Source: a virus
DNA: 64,000 bases
Reading direction: 5' to 3' (one strand)
IMG/VR virus record: IMGVR_UViG_3300022890_000014
Span: 86,745 to 150,744 of that record
In this document: one piece after another, positions 20,801 to 29,374 of the stretch
Layout of the letters: every line of letters starts with the position of its first letter
Position numbering within the stretch: the first letter of the stretch is position 1
Notes under the pieces: model-generated
Database searches by the model: none
Told to the model about the DNA's origin: nothing
Seen by the model: only the letters and a program-made list of their open reading frames with translations
Program-made: the position numbers and the translations under genes

Positions 20801-21696
20801 ATAGTTCCAGATACAATAGGTCCAGTAGGAGTATTGGTATCTTGGATTCCAGAGACCAAGGACAATTTGTCTCTTAGTACTGTGAAGTCTGTATCTCTTA
20901 CTAGCTTCACAGCATTAATGTTCTGTGTTGCAGAAACAGCTATACTATCTAGGATGGCTGTCACTCTCCAGGGATTATCATCTCCAGTAGGGGCAACACC
21001 CTGAGTAACATCTACGTAACTAGAGGTTGTTGCATCAACAGCAGAAATTGTGTAGCTAGTTGCGAACCCTGCTCCCATCTCAAGTTTGTCTAGGATTCTT
21101 GCGTCATCCAGCTTGGCTGAAGAGTAGAATCTTTGAACGACACCACTGGTTGGGATAATGGACGAATTTACAGTTTCAACAACAGTAAAGTTTGCACCGG
21201 TAAGAGTTACGGAATCTCCTGGTGCATTAACTGTACTGATAGTCCTAAGACCTCTATCAGCCGCAGTGCCAGAGTGAACATAGATGCTCTTGCCTACATC
21301 AGTAGGGCTGAATGTTCCTGTGGGAAATCCACTAAGAGTTGTAGATGCTAGACCTTTAGCTCCAACCGCGTAGTGTCTAGTTCCACCGAAGTATCCAGTA
21401 GCAAACGAGTCAATGACTTTTTTGCCATCAACAACATAGACTTCTACAGGATACTCAAGCTCATTTGTTTCCCAAGTGTCGGACGTTCCTTGGTCAACAT
21501 ACTCATTGCTTCCAAGGCTAGGATAATCAACATCCTTGGAACTTCCACTATACGCATCGACTGGGCTATTGGTCGCCAAAAACTGGACGTTGTACCCTGG
21601 GCCGACTACGTACAAGGGAAGGATTGGGTTCGTAATAGCAGTTGATGTCCCTGTAAACTGCTGAATGATTGTGATACCCAGTTCCTTATACGACAT
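17842..21696 (-). CDS. Contractile tail sheath protein with large central insertions
   Basis: N-terminal GITIIQQF...LYVVGP; C-terminal RRTTLVWP...HQLTTDISSIKKQELSITKIIDYV...IGKYNI sheath pattern. Confidence 0.85.
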   Translation of the reverse strand: MSYKELGITIIQQFTGTSTAITNPILPLYVVGPGYNVQFLATNSPVDAYSGSSKDVDYPSLGSNEYVDQGTSDTWETNELEYPVEVYVVDGKKVIDSFATGYFGGTRHYAVGAKGLASTTLSGFPTGTFSPTDVGKSIYVHSGTAADRGLRTISTVNAPGDSVTLTGANFTVVETVNSSIIPTSGVVQRFYSSAKLDDARILDKLEMGAGFATSYTISAVDATTSSYVDVTQGVAPTGDDNPWRVTAILDSIAVSATQNINAVKLVRDTDFTVLRDKLSLVSGIQDTNTPTGPIVSGTIKVNYRSVKTGLVNQTGYIEASTQIATKIGITSEYNPLAMALSKARENTTSKIYFSGMDVIAGVKSGLYEFDSMAKLGFGDSLTRIADEDAYVLVGLTQNAGHNSLMSTHARDVSDPTKDWNRVRIVVINTSLIVESIIDAKDTAVAWDINGVTEVAASDDAEFNDKSNRLWSRGVVKFPDFDGTVSPLPVDYSTDLVKASGSTLTNDGFWGVNNSEHLKIKDPGVLLEVSPNRGYVAAYGNRIRSCTFGLTASDSGSALAGTLDTIRLTGPAGTFRYLASEGVAPVGLKCIAWLPTLMDGVISSNAMSTEISALNVTDYSSIDVDIAYDTVVPPVAYTTPNMSQVSVIGYDDVFATPGVTASRLNRSIAGTVALTAATNLVDSGVPGTFTGLVGAQVLVSGSATPADNKSHTIVTAPGDGSTCTVASITVNDATASCSVSVVKLTGAAGAGEFNGVTTVMVSNTLSYSGRGNALVGVKDVGAKTLSGFAAGTFGFGDIGRELRFIDDVTGAIDVQEITAIDSDIKVTLGNLLVVWPAGANAVSASIADQDYVSETFLIAELDASHNYIITNKDWGQKFAGTNLCSVAIAGFGTIGFGDAGRTVRILTGTYAGQSYTVQSVKQEELILTNTTAFGAVATQGVSSTAEDLGGFEMEFSSTPGNNTFSLEDKTLTPMVSESSIDYSVQRDFRELTVTGETFVTKGFIAGDVIRVTSPTAIAGDYVIDTVVSEEIVKTVVGDEFSMTGLTAIFTGVLSSLIYTLVKPKTKDEQAEAIRDYAASFADRRTTLVWPDQSVFDVAGASVTAPGYYWGVAVGAFVAGLAPQQGLSKLGFTGFTSAPHGKSDNYFTRAQLNTIAGGGVMIIHQDDSGDTPHIRHQLTTDISSIKKQELSITKIIDYVTRVIRQEFSVWIGKYNISDELLSQLRTTASAVVTFCEEFSDVRAGKLVNEMRLEKLDVSETEIDQTEHQWYVDAPVPHNRMLMTVRT

Positions 21697-21734
21697 ATTA
21701 CTTTCTCCGTTTGCGTAAGGCTTACGCAGGCAAA

Positions 21735-22436
21735 TTAAGATATGATTACAATAGCTCTTTCACCATATATCGGATCAAAAACTTGCGATGATTTGAATAT
21801 CATATTCCTAAGTATAGGGAAGTGTGTTCTGTCAACAGACACTCCAACTTCCTTAACTATCCCCGCGCTTATAGTACATACCCAGCTTGCTGTTTTAGAA
21901 TCTTTCCTGACAGCCACTAAATCTGACATTGTAGGGCTACCAACTGAGTATATTGTAAACTTTTTTAGAGGTTCTGTCAGAAACGTTAGGGCATTAAAAA
22001 TTAACGAGGAATATAATTCGACATGACTATAATCGCCATAGACCCTTATGTTCAGTCCACAGCTAACTAGGTCTAGCTTTTTATATTTCTCACCAGTCAT
22101 GCTTATCTCTGAAAACCTACCTAAACCACCTCTGTTGAGCGCAGTTACAGGACCCCTTTTTATAACGATGATTGGGTCCATACCAAGGTCAAGTTGAGAG
22201 AAACCTAGGTGATCTATTATTTGAATCCTTCGTTCCGGTTCTACGTCTTTATCATTATATGAAAACTTATGCGGCAGATCATCACCTAAAAAAAGACCTT
22301 GAATAAATACAAGCATTGTCTCTGTTATCAAGGCCCCAATATTGAACCCAAATGGCAGAACTGTCTTTGGACCTTGTTGTGCCCGTGAGAACTGCACGTC
22401 TGGAAGGTGACTTCCTTCTTTGTTTTCTAAGCCCAT
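21735..22436 (-). CDS. Putative tail terminator/completion protein
   Basis: Position directly upstream of the sheath gene; size 233 aa. Confidence 0.5.
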   Translation of the reverse strand: MGLENKEGSHLPDVQFSRAQQGPKTVLPFGFNIGALITETMLVFIQGLFLGDDLPHKFSYNDKDVEPERRIQIIDHLGFSQLDLGMDPIIVIKRGPVTALNRGGLGRFSEISMTGEKYKKLDLVSCGLNIRVYGDYSHVELYSSLIFNALTFLTEPLKKFTIYSVGSPTMSDLVAVRKDSKTASWVCTISAGIVKEVGVSVDRTHFPILRNMIFKSSQVFDPIYGERAIVIIS

Positions 22437-22437
22437 A

Positions 22438-22758
22438 CTAGAAGCCCTCCTTGCTAGCTTGAGAGAGAGTTACTTTGAATGCCTTAGAAACCATCTTTGC
22501 CATGTCTGATTTCTTACCAAAAGAATCGTCTAGGTCTATATCTACCTGATCGTCAGTTGATTCATCGTCGTAGCTCTCGTATATTCTTACCTTGACTTTC
22601 TTACCATAAATGTATACTTCAGCCCTTCCAATCTTCTTGGACTTGTTTACTTCTGAATCAAGAATCTCCTGAAGGTTCTCTTTGTACTTAGTGAGAAACC
22701 TTTCGGACATCAAGTTCTTGCTTAGTTTTGTCTGTAGTCTCATTGATTTAAACCTCAT
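22438..22758 (-). CDS. Hypothetical protein (neck region)
   Basis: 106 aa, coupled to 21735..22436. Confidence 0.55.
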   Translation of the reverse strand: MRFKSMRLQTKLSKNLMSERFLTKYKENLQEILDSEVNKSKKIGRAEVYIYGKKVKVRIYESYDDESTDDQVDIDLDDSFGKKSDMAKMVSKAFKVTLSQASKEGF

Positions 22759-22799
22759 GTGTGTCTATATACTACACTAGTTTTGAGGCTGCGTAAGGC

Positions 22800-23606
22800 T
22801 TACGCACTGGGGAGAGGTGGTGTTTTTGACTTGTTTGCTCGCTCACTGATTACTTCTTCTATTATTACTGGTGCTTGTCCAAGAGCCATGCCAGCTAGTG
22901 CTCCTACTGGACCAAACATAGATCCAACCATAGTTCCTCCGACTGTACTAACGAGCCTTCCTCTGTTCTGATGGAAGTTTCTAAGGTAAGTTTTTCCAGT
23001 ATCTTCTTCGATTTGAGACTTCTCTTCTCCGTCTGCAACTTGAGACCAAGCAACTCTCTCCTTCTCCATTACATCTTCATCATGTATTTTCTTGGAGAAT
23101 AGTCTAGCTAGACCTCTTGGAATATTAGCTCCACCATATGCAGTAGCTAGCTCGCCATCATCTCTCTTCTTACTGAAGTCTGCTATATGCCCAATCTCAT
23201 GATCAATAACTACTGGATTCATCTTCTTTGGAGCAATGATGTAATCTCCAGTATCACCAGAGAACGCTAAGGCGTTACCACCATTAAGAACAACATTCTC
23301 CATGTATTCTTTAGGTCCGTTGCCCTTGAACTCTTTGTCCATTAGTACACCAACATCTTTGACTGAAGAGACTAGGTTGACTTTACTGTTAGCTTTCAAG
23401 ACTCTCTTCTTTACATTGGTTGCATTTCTACTCATGTGAGCGTCAATGTCTTCCTGTCTAGTTCTATTCTGAGACGAAGAATACACATCGTACAATCCAA
23501 GCCCTGTTAGCCCTAGGCCCACAGCACCTATGCCACCAGCAAGCCATGGATTGATTCCAGCCTGCTTTGTCATGCCGTAGAGTATTCCATTGTATATACT
23601 ATTCAT
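22800..23606 (-). CDS. HExxH zinc-peptidase-like protein with GMTKQA leader and hydrophobic Gly-rich ends
   Basis: VIDHEIGH...EKERVAW; stop codon inside palindrome 22790. Confidence 0.6.
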   Translation of the reverse strand: MNSIYNGILYGMTKQAGINPWLAGGIGAVGLGLTGLGLYDVYSSSQNRTRQEDIDAHMSRNATNVKKRVLKANSKVNLVSSVKDVGVLMDKEFKGNGPKEYMENVVLNGGNALAFSGDTGDYIIAPKKMNPVVIDHEIGHIADFSKKRDDGELATAYGGANIPRGLARLFSKKIHDEDVMEKERVAWSQVADGEEKSQIEEDTGKTYLRNFHQNRGRLVSTVGGTMVGSMFGPVGALAGMALGQAPVIIEEVISERANKSKTPPLPSA

Positions 23607-24570
23607 CTGGATTTATCCTAGATGTTCTTGCTTTAGGAAGCCCAGTTCTGCAACCGAACCAAGTCTTCCTTGACCTTGCCCAAACAATGTCCATGTAGTC
23701 GCGTATAGCAGCTAGGTCATTAGTTAGGTTGAGTTGCTTCTGCTCTGGAGATGAGAACTCGACTGGCTTCAAATGTATCATTTGTATGACACCAATCTCT
23801 CCGCTCTCAGCAGCTATCCACTTTTTGTTCTCAACCCTATACATACCACCATTCAAGCCAGGGACTAGAACTACATCTCTCTTTTTGAAGTCTGGGTAGT
23901 TAACTGTCCAGAACTGCTTATCTTCTATCTCAAGCTCAAAATCGGCCATCTGTATAATTTCAACAGTGGGACTCATCGAACCATAGAACTTTGTTGGAGT
24001 TTCAGCATATGGATACATCCATCCAGTACCCATGCACAATGTGTGCTTCTCATCGTTTGGTCTACCCCTGACAGGATTCCAGCATGTACATCTTGAACCC
24101 CATTGTCTTTGGGGGAAGAAGTACGATAGAGATCCAACAGGGAACTTTTCAAGCATCATAAGGTGTCGTCGTATGATCTCAGATGCAACCTGAGAAGGCA
24201 CACTATTCTCATGAATACTTATAGGTCCAAACTCTGCTGTGTCTCCAGATGGAGTATGAGTCATCCTGAGCTTATAGAACATCTTTCTCCACAAGGAGAA
24301 GAGAGACTCTGGTTCATCTAGATATTCTGTGATACCAGTAAGCTCGTTTGTCACCTCATCGAATTCGCCTACATCAGTGAATCCTCTGAGGATTATAAAC
24401 GTGTAGTCATCTATGTCGAAGTCAGACCCAATTATGTTAGAGACACCCCATCTCAGCATTACCTGATGCCTGTTTATCACAGCGCATTGGAACTGCTCTA
24501 GTTCTGGTATGTTGTCACTTGCATAGGAGAAGTCCTCTCTAAGCACAGGCATTGTCTGAAATGTAGTCAT
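23599..24570 (-). CDS. Putative head-closure/neck protein
   Basis: RCTCW...HTLCMGTGW Zn-ribbon insertion typical of large-myovirus neck proteins; position between adaptor and tail genes. Confidence 0.6.
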   Translation of the reverse strand: MTTFQTMPVLREDFSYASDNIPELEQFQCAVINRHQVMLRWGVSNIIGSDFDIDDYTFIILRGFTDVGEFDEVTNELTGITEYLDEPESLFSLWRKMFYKLRMTHTPSGDTAEFGPISIHENSVPSQVASEIIRRHLMMLEKFPVGSLSYFFPQRQWGSRCTCWNPVRGRPNDEKHTLCMGTGWMYPYAETPTKFYGSMSPTVEIIQMADFELEIEDKQFWTVNYPDFKKRDVVLVPGLNGGMYRVENKKWIAAESGEIGVIQMIHLKPVEFSSPEQKQLNLTNDLAAIRDYMDIVWARSRKTWFGCRTGLPKARTSRINPDE

Positions 24571-24627
24571 TGCGTAAGCCTTACGCGCTAGCGTTGTTAG
24601 TCTTTTCCTAGGTGATGTCCAGCACCC

Positions 24628-25335
24628 CTAGTCGCTGAGTCCAGCATAAGCTAATCCACCCATTCCAGCCAACCCTGCTGTTCCAGCTAGAGCTTTTGCC
24701 CATGTAGGCATGCTGCTGATTCTAGACATAATGCCTTTGCCTACTGATTTTGCTTCTGGAGCGATAGCACTCTCTGTTCTACCTAGGTTTTCTGTGATAG
24801 ATGGCTTCATTGGTCCTGGTGCTATTGGCGCTACCGATGACTTTAGTGATGCTGGTTCTGGATGGCCGATATAGTTTCTTACTACGTTGCCAGTTCTCTC
24901 TTCAAGCTTCCTAGCTTTAATCACGTCGTTTACACTTATTCCTCCTGTTGGCCTAAGTGTAGATTCTGGATTAAAGAGGTTAATGTTTGGAAATGGTCTT
25001 TTGCGTTTAGTCTCTTGACCAAGCATTTGAGAGAGAGTTGTATCTGCTGCAATAGGAACTCTATCTAGGTGTTGAACTCTACCTCCGCCACCTCTTACTG
25101 TATTCTCAAGAATATTGACATCTTTAGCTAATGCCTGCTGTATATTTGTAGGCTGCTTTCGTAGAGTTAAATTTGCTCTAGCAGCAGGGGTTCCCTGTAG
25201 TCGATCATATTTAATCTGCTTTTTCGATCCGCTCCAGTTTCCAGCCTGTCTATCTGCCTGTTGCGCCTGAACTTCAGCAAATGCCTCTTCAACACCAGCA
25301 CGTTTCGTCATCCCAAGAAATATTCCGTTGTACAT
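24628..25335 (-). CDS. Putative internal virion protein with C-terminal Gly/Ala TM segment
   Basis: Start reassigned to the ATG at 25335 (MYNGIFLGMTKRAG), matching the shared leader. Confidence 0.65.
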   Translation of the reverse strand: MYNGIFLGMTKRAGVEEAFAEVQAQQADRQAGNWSGSKKQIKYDRLQGTPAARANLTLRKQPTNIQQALAKDVNILENTVRGGGGRVQHLDRVPIAADTTLSQMLGQETKRKRPFPNINLFNPESTLRPTGGISVNDVIKARKLEERTGNVVRNYIGHPEPASLKSSVAPIAPGPMKPSITENLGRTESAIAPEAKSVGKGIMSRISSMPTWAKALAGTAGLAGMGGLAYAGLSD

Positions 25336-25336
25336 A

Positions 25337-25441
25337 TTAGTCTCCAAATGTTGCGTACCCTAATCCACTTATTCCAGCCAATCCTGCTGTCCCAGCTAGA
25401 ACTTTTGCCCATGTTGGCATACCGCTAACTCTATTTTTCAT
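25337..25441 (-). CDS. 34-aa hydrophobic peptide duplicating the C-terminus of the downstream gene
   Basis: MKNRVSGMPTWAKVLAGTAGLAGISGLGYATFGD*; ATG directly after palindrome 25442. Confidence 0.5.
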   Translation of the reverse strand: MKNRVSGMPTWAKVLAGTAGLAGISGLGYATFGD

Positions 25442-25451
25442 TGCGTAAGCC

Positions 25452-25859
25452 TTACGCGTTGTTGAATTTGTCAAACATTTTCTGTGCAGCGTCGAGTGCG
25501 TAGTTCATGTGTAGTTTAGACACCGGAACCTTGTTGCTTATGACATCTGCAATGCTTTTGTAGTACTTGTCAGCATCTTCGACTACTGCATAAGCGACCT
25601 TTCCACCTTCAACATTATACGACAGTTCGCGTATCATTGTCACTTTAGCTTTATTGGACAGGAACCATTTTACTGATTCCGAGGCAGTTTGTCGAGATAT
25701 GATTCCAGGTTCAGCAACATCTTGTTGTAAGTTAATTTCCCGTTCGCTCTGGACTGAGTTAGAACTATCTTCCTTGGTGACTGGTATATCTTTTTTAGAT
25801 GATCTCTGTTCTCGAAGGCAAAGGTTTCTTTGCTTCCAGGCATTAAGTGTGTCTGACAT
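25452..25859 (-). CDS. Hypothetical protein
   Basis: 135 aa; stop codon inside palindrome 25442. Confidence 0.6.
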   Translation of the reverse strand: MSDTLNAWKQRNLCLREQRSSKKDIPVTKEDSSNSVQSEREINLQQDVAEPGIISRQTASESVKWFLSNKAKVTMIRELSYNVEGGKVAYAVVEDADKYYKSIADVISNKVPVSKLHMNYALDAAQKMFDKFNNA

Positions 25860-25871
25860 TTCTTTGTTCTC

Positions 25872-26660
25872 TTAATTGTCATAGTTATCTATCATCCTTA
25901 GATTTGGCGCTGCCAGATGCTCAAGGTTTCCATTGTGATAGTCAGCGATGATGTCGTCGATTATCTTCTCGGAAAGATAGTCGCTTCGTTTGTCAGTAGC
26001 CATCCAGAGGTACATTGCTGTGCGGAAGAATAGATACGCACGAGCTTTATGTATGCCTTCCCATTCAATGAATTTATCTGGATCAACCATACATCTGACT
26101 TCTAATTGATTCCTATAAGCATGATACTCAATCCATTGTCTACCATATGCAAACTTGAACGGAAGCAGAGCGAATATATACAACCACACATATAGAGGGA
26201 TTATAATAGATTGAGCGATCCATCTCATGGGAGCAATTAGATCAGATATGAATGGCCTGAACGGTTCGTTGTGATTCAAATACATCATTTGGTTGACATG
26301 TACAAACTCGTGTCTAAATATCTCATATCTAGGCAGAGGATCTAGATCTCGGAGTTCATCAATGGTATATGGCACATACACAGTACGCAGGATAGTTGTC
26401 CAATACCTGTTCATGAACTTATCATTTACTCTCCAGTAGCTAGAGAATAACTTCAAGAAGAACGAGATAGCAATCATAAGCCAAGATTCGGACTTGGGCT
26501 TTACTTTTATTCTCCAGTAGTTCACAAGCTGATTATCTATCCATAACCAGTATAACTTCTGATCATAACCCTGTAGCTTTGCCGCCTGCATGTCTATAGG
26601 ATCTGTGGTGTTGAAGCCAAGAATTCGATAGAAACTTTCGGTTCTGCTATTTACTTTCAT
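25872..26660 (-). CDS. HExxH metallopeptidase-like membrane protein
   Basis: IFRHEFVHVNQ...IEYHAY plus hydrophobic segments. Confidence 0.65.
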   Translation of the reverse strand: MKVNSRTESFYRILGFNTTDPIDMQAAKLQGYDQKLYWLWIDNQLVNYWRIKVKPKSESWLMIAISFFLKLFSSYWRVNDKFMNRYWTTILRTVYVPYTIDELRDLDPLPRYEIFRHEFVHVNQMMYLNHNEPFRPFISDLIAPMRWIAQSIIIPLYVWLYIFALLPFKFAYGRQWIEYHAYRNQLEVRCMVDPDKFIEWEGIHKARAYLFFRTAMYLWMATDKRSDYLSEKIIDDIIADYHNGNLEHLAAPNLRMIDNYDN

Positions 26661-27129
26661 CTATAACCTCCGTCATTACTGTTAGCACCTTGCTAGATAT
26701 TTCTCGGTTAAGTCTATCGAATGTATCCATACCCATGTATTCAATGATATGCATGATTTCTTTTGCAAAGTGAAGTTTTTCACTGAATACTCTTAAGTAG
26801 ACTTCACCTTCTATAAAACACAGTGTTGACATCTTTTCAAAGTTAAGGAACGTCATGTTTATATTTGATGTATCATCACCAGATATAGTGTGCCATCCAT
26901 TTTTTCTATCGCACACATTGTATCTGTACCAAATAGCACTAGCACCTTTTTCTGCGATACCAGTCTCTACGAACCCACCGTAGAGCATACCTCCTTTATC
27001 TTCTCTTACTGCTGTTTTTTTGCTATTGATTGAGTATGGAGAGAGCGACGTGAACTCTTTGAGCCACTTGATTGATTCTTCTGCGGTGTCGGGTAGCCAG
27101 TTAATCTTGTCTGTTACTGCTTGAAACAT
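26647..27129 (-). CDS. Hypothetical protein
   Basis: GAGGTG RBS; GGTATAAG motif upstream. Confidence 0.65.
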   Translation of the reverse strand: MFQAVTDKINWLPDTAEESIKWLKEFTSLSPYSINSKKTAVREDKGGMLYGGFVETGIAEKGASAIWYRYNVCDRKNGWHTISGDDTSNINMTFLNFEKMSTLCFIEGEVYLRVFSEKLHFAKEIMHIIEYMGMDTFDRLNREISSKVLTVMTEVIDESK

Positions 27130-27240
27130 GATTTCACCTCTAGTAATATGTTGATGTTTAGCACAGTAACAGACTTATACCACTAGTTCACTGGTTGCGT
27201 AATGAATATCAAGTAAGCTTACGCGTAAGCCTTACGCAGA

Positions 27241-27735
27241 CTATATGGACAGCGTGTTCGAGAACCACCCCATAACACCATAAGGACTTCCGATACCTGT
27301 AGGACTACCTGTGATGTCAGCAATATTTAGTGCTTGTTTCAACTCATCTGCTTGCTGCTCAAACTTCTGCCAAAGCTCATTAGCTTTAGATCTGTAGCTA
27401 GCAGCCATAGAATGAGTATCAACTGTCATTCCAGCCGCAGAGTATCCGAGGTGGTTTCTATCGTGCAGGATTGCCGAAGATTCAAGGAGACGACTCATAG
27501 TACCAGTTATAAGAAGATCCTGTGATGGGAAGTCGTTGATTGTGGATGATCCGATAGGAGGAGGCATAGTATTGTACCTATCTATAGTATCCTCAATAGC
27601 ATTCTTTATTTCACTGTCAGTCTGCTCTTGTCTTCCTATTAGCTCATTAAGATGATCAAAGTCAATCATTCTTCTGCGAACTTTGTTTACGAACCATTCA
27701 AGAGCCTTTTCATACGTAGTCAATTCAGTTGACAT
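27241..27735 (-). CDS. Putative head-tail adaptor (neck) protein
   Basis: Helical 164-aa protein right after the MCP; VRRRMID...YNTMPPPIG...RNHLGYSAAGMTV. Confidence 0.6.
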   Translation of the reverse strand: MSTELTTYEKALEWFVNKVRRRMIDFDHLNELIGRQEQTDSEIKNAIEDTIDRYNTMPPPIGSSTINDFPSQDLLITGTMSRLLESSAILHDRNHLGYSAAGMTVDTHSMAASYRSKANELWQKFEQQADELKQALNIADITGSPTGIGSPYGVMGWFSNTLSI

Positions 27736-27795
27736 TACATTTCTCCGTGGTTATTAGTTTCTGAAATAACATTGTATCACAAATGTAGTAGATAC

Positions 27796-27831
27796 AAAAA
27801 TGCCCAACTCAGACTAGCCAAGTCGGGCATT
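27796..27831 (-). terminator. Intrinsic terminator after the major capsid gene
   Basis: AATGCCCGACT...AGTTGGGCATTTTT on the - strand. Confidence 0.75.
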
Positions 27832-27867
27832 CATGAACCACCAGCCTACCTAGAGGTAGTTACGTGA

Positions 27868-28806
27868 TTAGAGTCCTGTCAGTGGATTGGGTACATCGAT
27901 TGTGAGTTTGCATGTACCTTTGTTGTTTCCAAAGACCATGCTGATGTATTCCCAAGCCTTCATGAAGATCATGTCGTAATCTTTCTTGATAGCGAATCGG
28001 GTATCGCCCATAAGATAGAAGACTCCAAGCATTTCTGGCTTAGTGAACCCATAGATGGAACCAGGAGCAACGGTGTCCTTGATTGTGGTGACGAGCTTGT
28101 GACCTTGAATGGTCTCGTAGCTCCAACCGCCCACAGTCATTTCACCAGCGATTTTGTCTCCGACGACGGTAGCGGGGAGGCTACACCAGTCATCGAAGTC
28201 AACTTTGTGCATGAGGGTGCAGTCGAAGTTGAGGCTGTCACCGTCAATCATCTTAAACAATGCGGTAAGCAATTGTCGGTCAATCATTGTGGCAGGAGAG
28301 GTGATGAGCTTGCCAGTTGCGGCTGCGGCTGCATTGGAAAGTTCGATAAGCTTGTCATCTTCTACTTTTTCAATATCTTTGACGGAGATCTTTTCGATCC
28401 ACTCAGTCACGGGATAGTTGAAAGCAAGAAGGAGAGCTTCTTGAATCGAGTACTCAAGGGTCTCAATCTTATAGAGCTTTGCAGTGAAGCGGTCGCCTTC
28501 GATGAAGCGCCCATCGTGGGCACCCATGAAGTTAGCGGCCATAGCTTGTGTATCATCATAAGCTCTGTCAATGATCTTTTCGAGTTGATCATGAGTGGTT
28601 GAGCGTTGGCAGTCATCAGCGGTGATGATTTCGGGTGGAATAATACTTCTAGCGAATCCGCGTTCTCGAATCTTGAGTTGAATGAAGTTTCTTGTTGCGG
28701 CGGCTGCTTTATGTAATCCACCATTCTCACCAAGTCTCTTAACAAAAAGGCGATTGAACTGGCGGGGTTCCATGCCGGTTACTGTATCAAACATATTTGA
28801 CCTCAT
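27868..28806 (-). CDS. Major capsid protein (HK97 fold); start possibly at 28794
   Basis: KIRERGFARSIIPP...DIEKVEDDKLI...YGFTKPEMLG...AWEYISMVFGN; biased codon usage; followed by a terminator; preceded by a decoration-like gene. Confidence 0.85.
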   Translation of the reverse strand: MRSNMFDTVTGMEPRQFNRLFVKRLGENGGLHKAAAATRNFIQLKIRERGFARSIIPPEIITADDCQRSTTHDQLEKIIDRAYDDTQAMAANFMGAHDGRFIEGDRFTAKLYKIETLEYSIQEALLLAFNYPVTEWIEKISVKDIEKVEDDKLIELSNAAAAATGKLITSPATMIDRQLLTALFKMIDGDSLNFDCTLMHKVDFDDWCSLPATVVGDKIAGEMTVGGWSYETIQGHKLVTTIKDTVAPGSIYGFTKPEMLGVFYLMGDTRFAIKKDYDMIFMKAWEYISMVFGNNKGTCKLTIDVPNPLTGL

Positions 28807-28896
28807 TTATAAAAAAAGATAATTGGGGTTGAACCCCGCGTAAGGCGTGTTGCGTAAGGCTCTTAGTCTTTGCGTAAGCCTTACGCAGCCAACGAA

Positions 28897-29349
28897 CTAG
28901 GCGTTGATGCGAACCTTAAGAAGACCAGATGCGGGAACTTCAATGACAGTCCCCTTGATATTCGATTCGTCATCGCTTGCAGCCAAGTATGTCGTGATAA
29001 CGCCAGCAACAATAACGATAGGAAGGTCTTTTGCCCAAGCAGGACGGGCACCAGCAGGAGTAACTTCGTAGCCATCAGTGATAGCTTCGTGTGCGCCTTT
29101 ACCAACGGCAACGCCATTGACTGCATCAGAGTCGGGAGCTTCGGAACCGGAGATGACAGGAAAGAGAATATCTTTATGGTTCGCACCAACAGTAGTAGAA
29201 GCGGCAGGACTGACGATTGCTTCGTATGCTGCGTTCTGATATACCCACTGGCCTTTTGCCATAGCAGCAGTTGTAGAGGCAGCAGCAATGGTCCATTGGT
29301 GCCGTTCAAGCGTGGAGCCGAGGCCACGAGTAATTTTATAAATAGACAT
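28897..29349 (-). CDS. Putative capsid decoration/cement protein
   Basis: 150-aa Ala/Val/Gly-rich beta protein directly upstream of the MCP. Confidence 0.6.
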   Translation of the reverse strand: MSIYKITRGLGSTLERHQWTIAAASTTAAMAKGQWVYQNAAYEAIVSPAASTTVGANHKDILFPVISGSEAPDSDAVNGVAVGKGAHEAITDGYEVTPAGARPAWAKDLPIVIVAGVITTYLAASDDESNIKGTVIEVPASGLLKVRINA

Positions 29350-29374
29350 TTAAGCTATCTCCTTTTGAGACTTA

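Noticed and set aside
24652-25420. 60-bp near-repeat as a DGR template/variable pair
   Set aside because: Only 4 of 6 differences are at adenines, the changes are synonymous or conservative, and there is no reverse transcriptase in the window.
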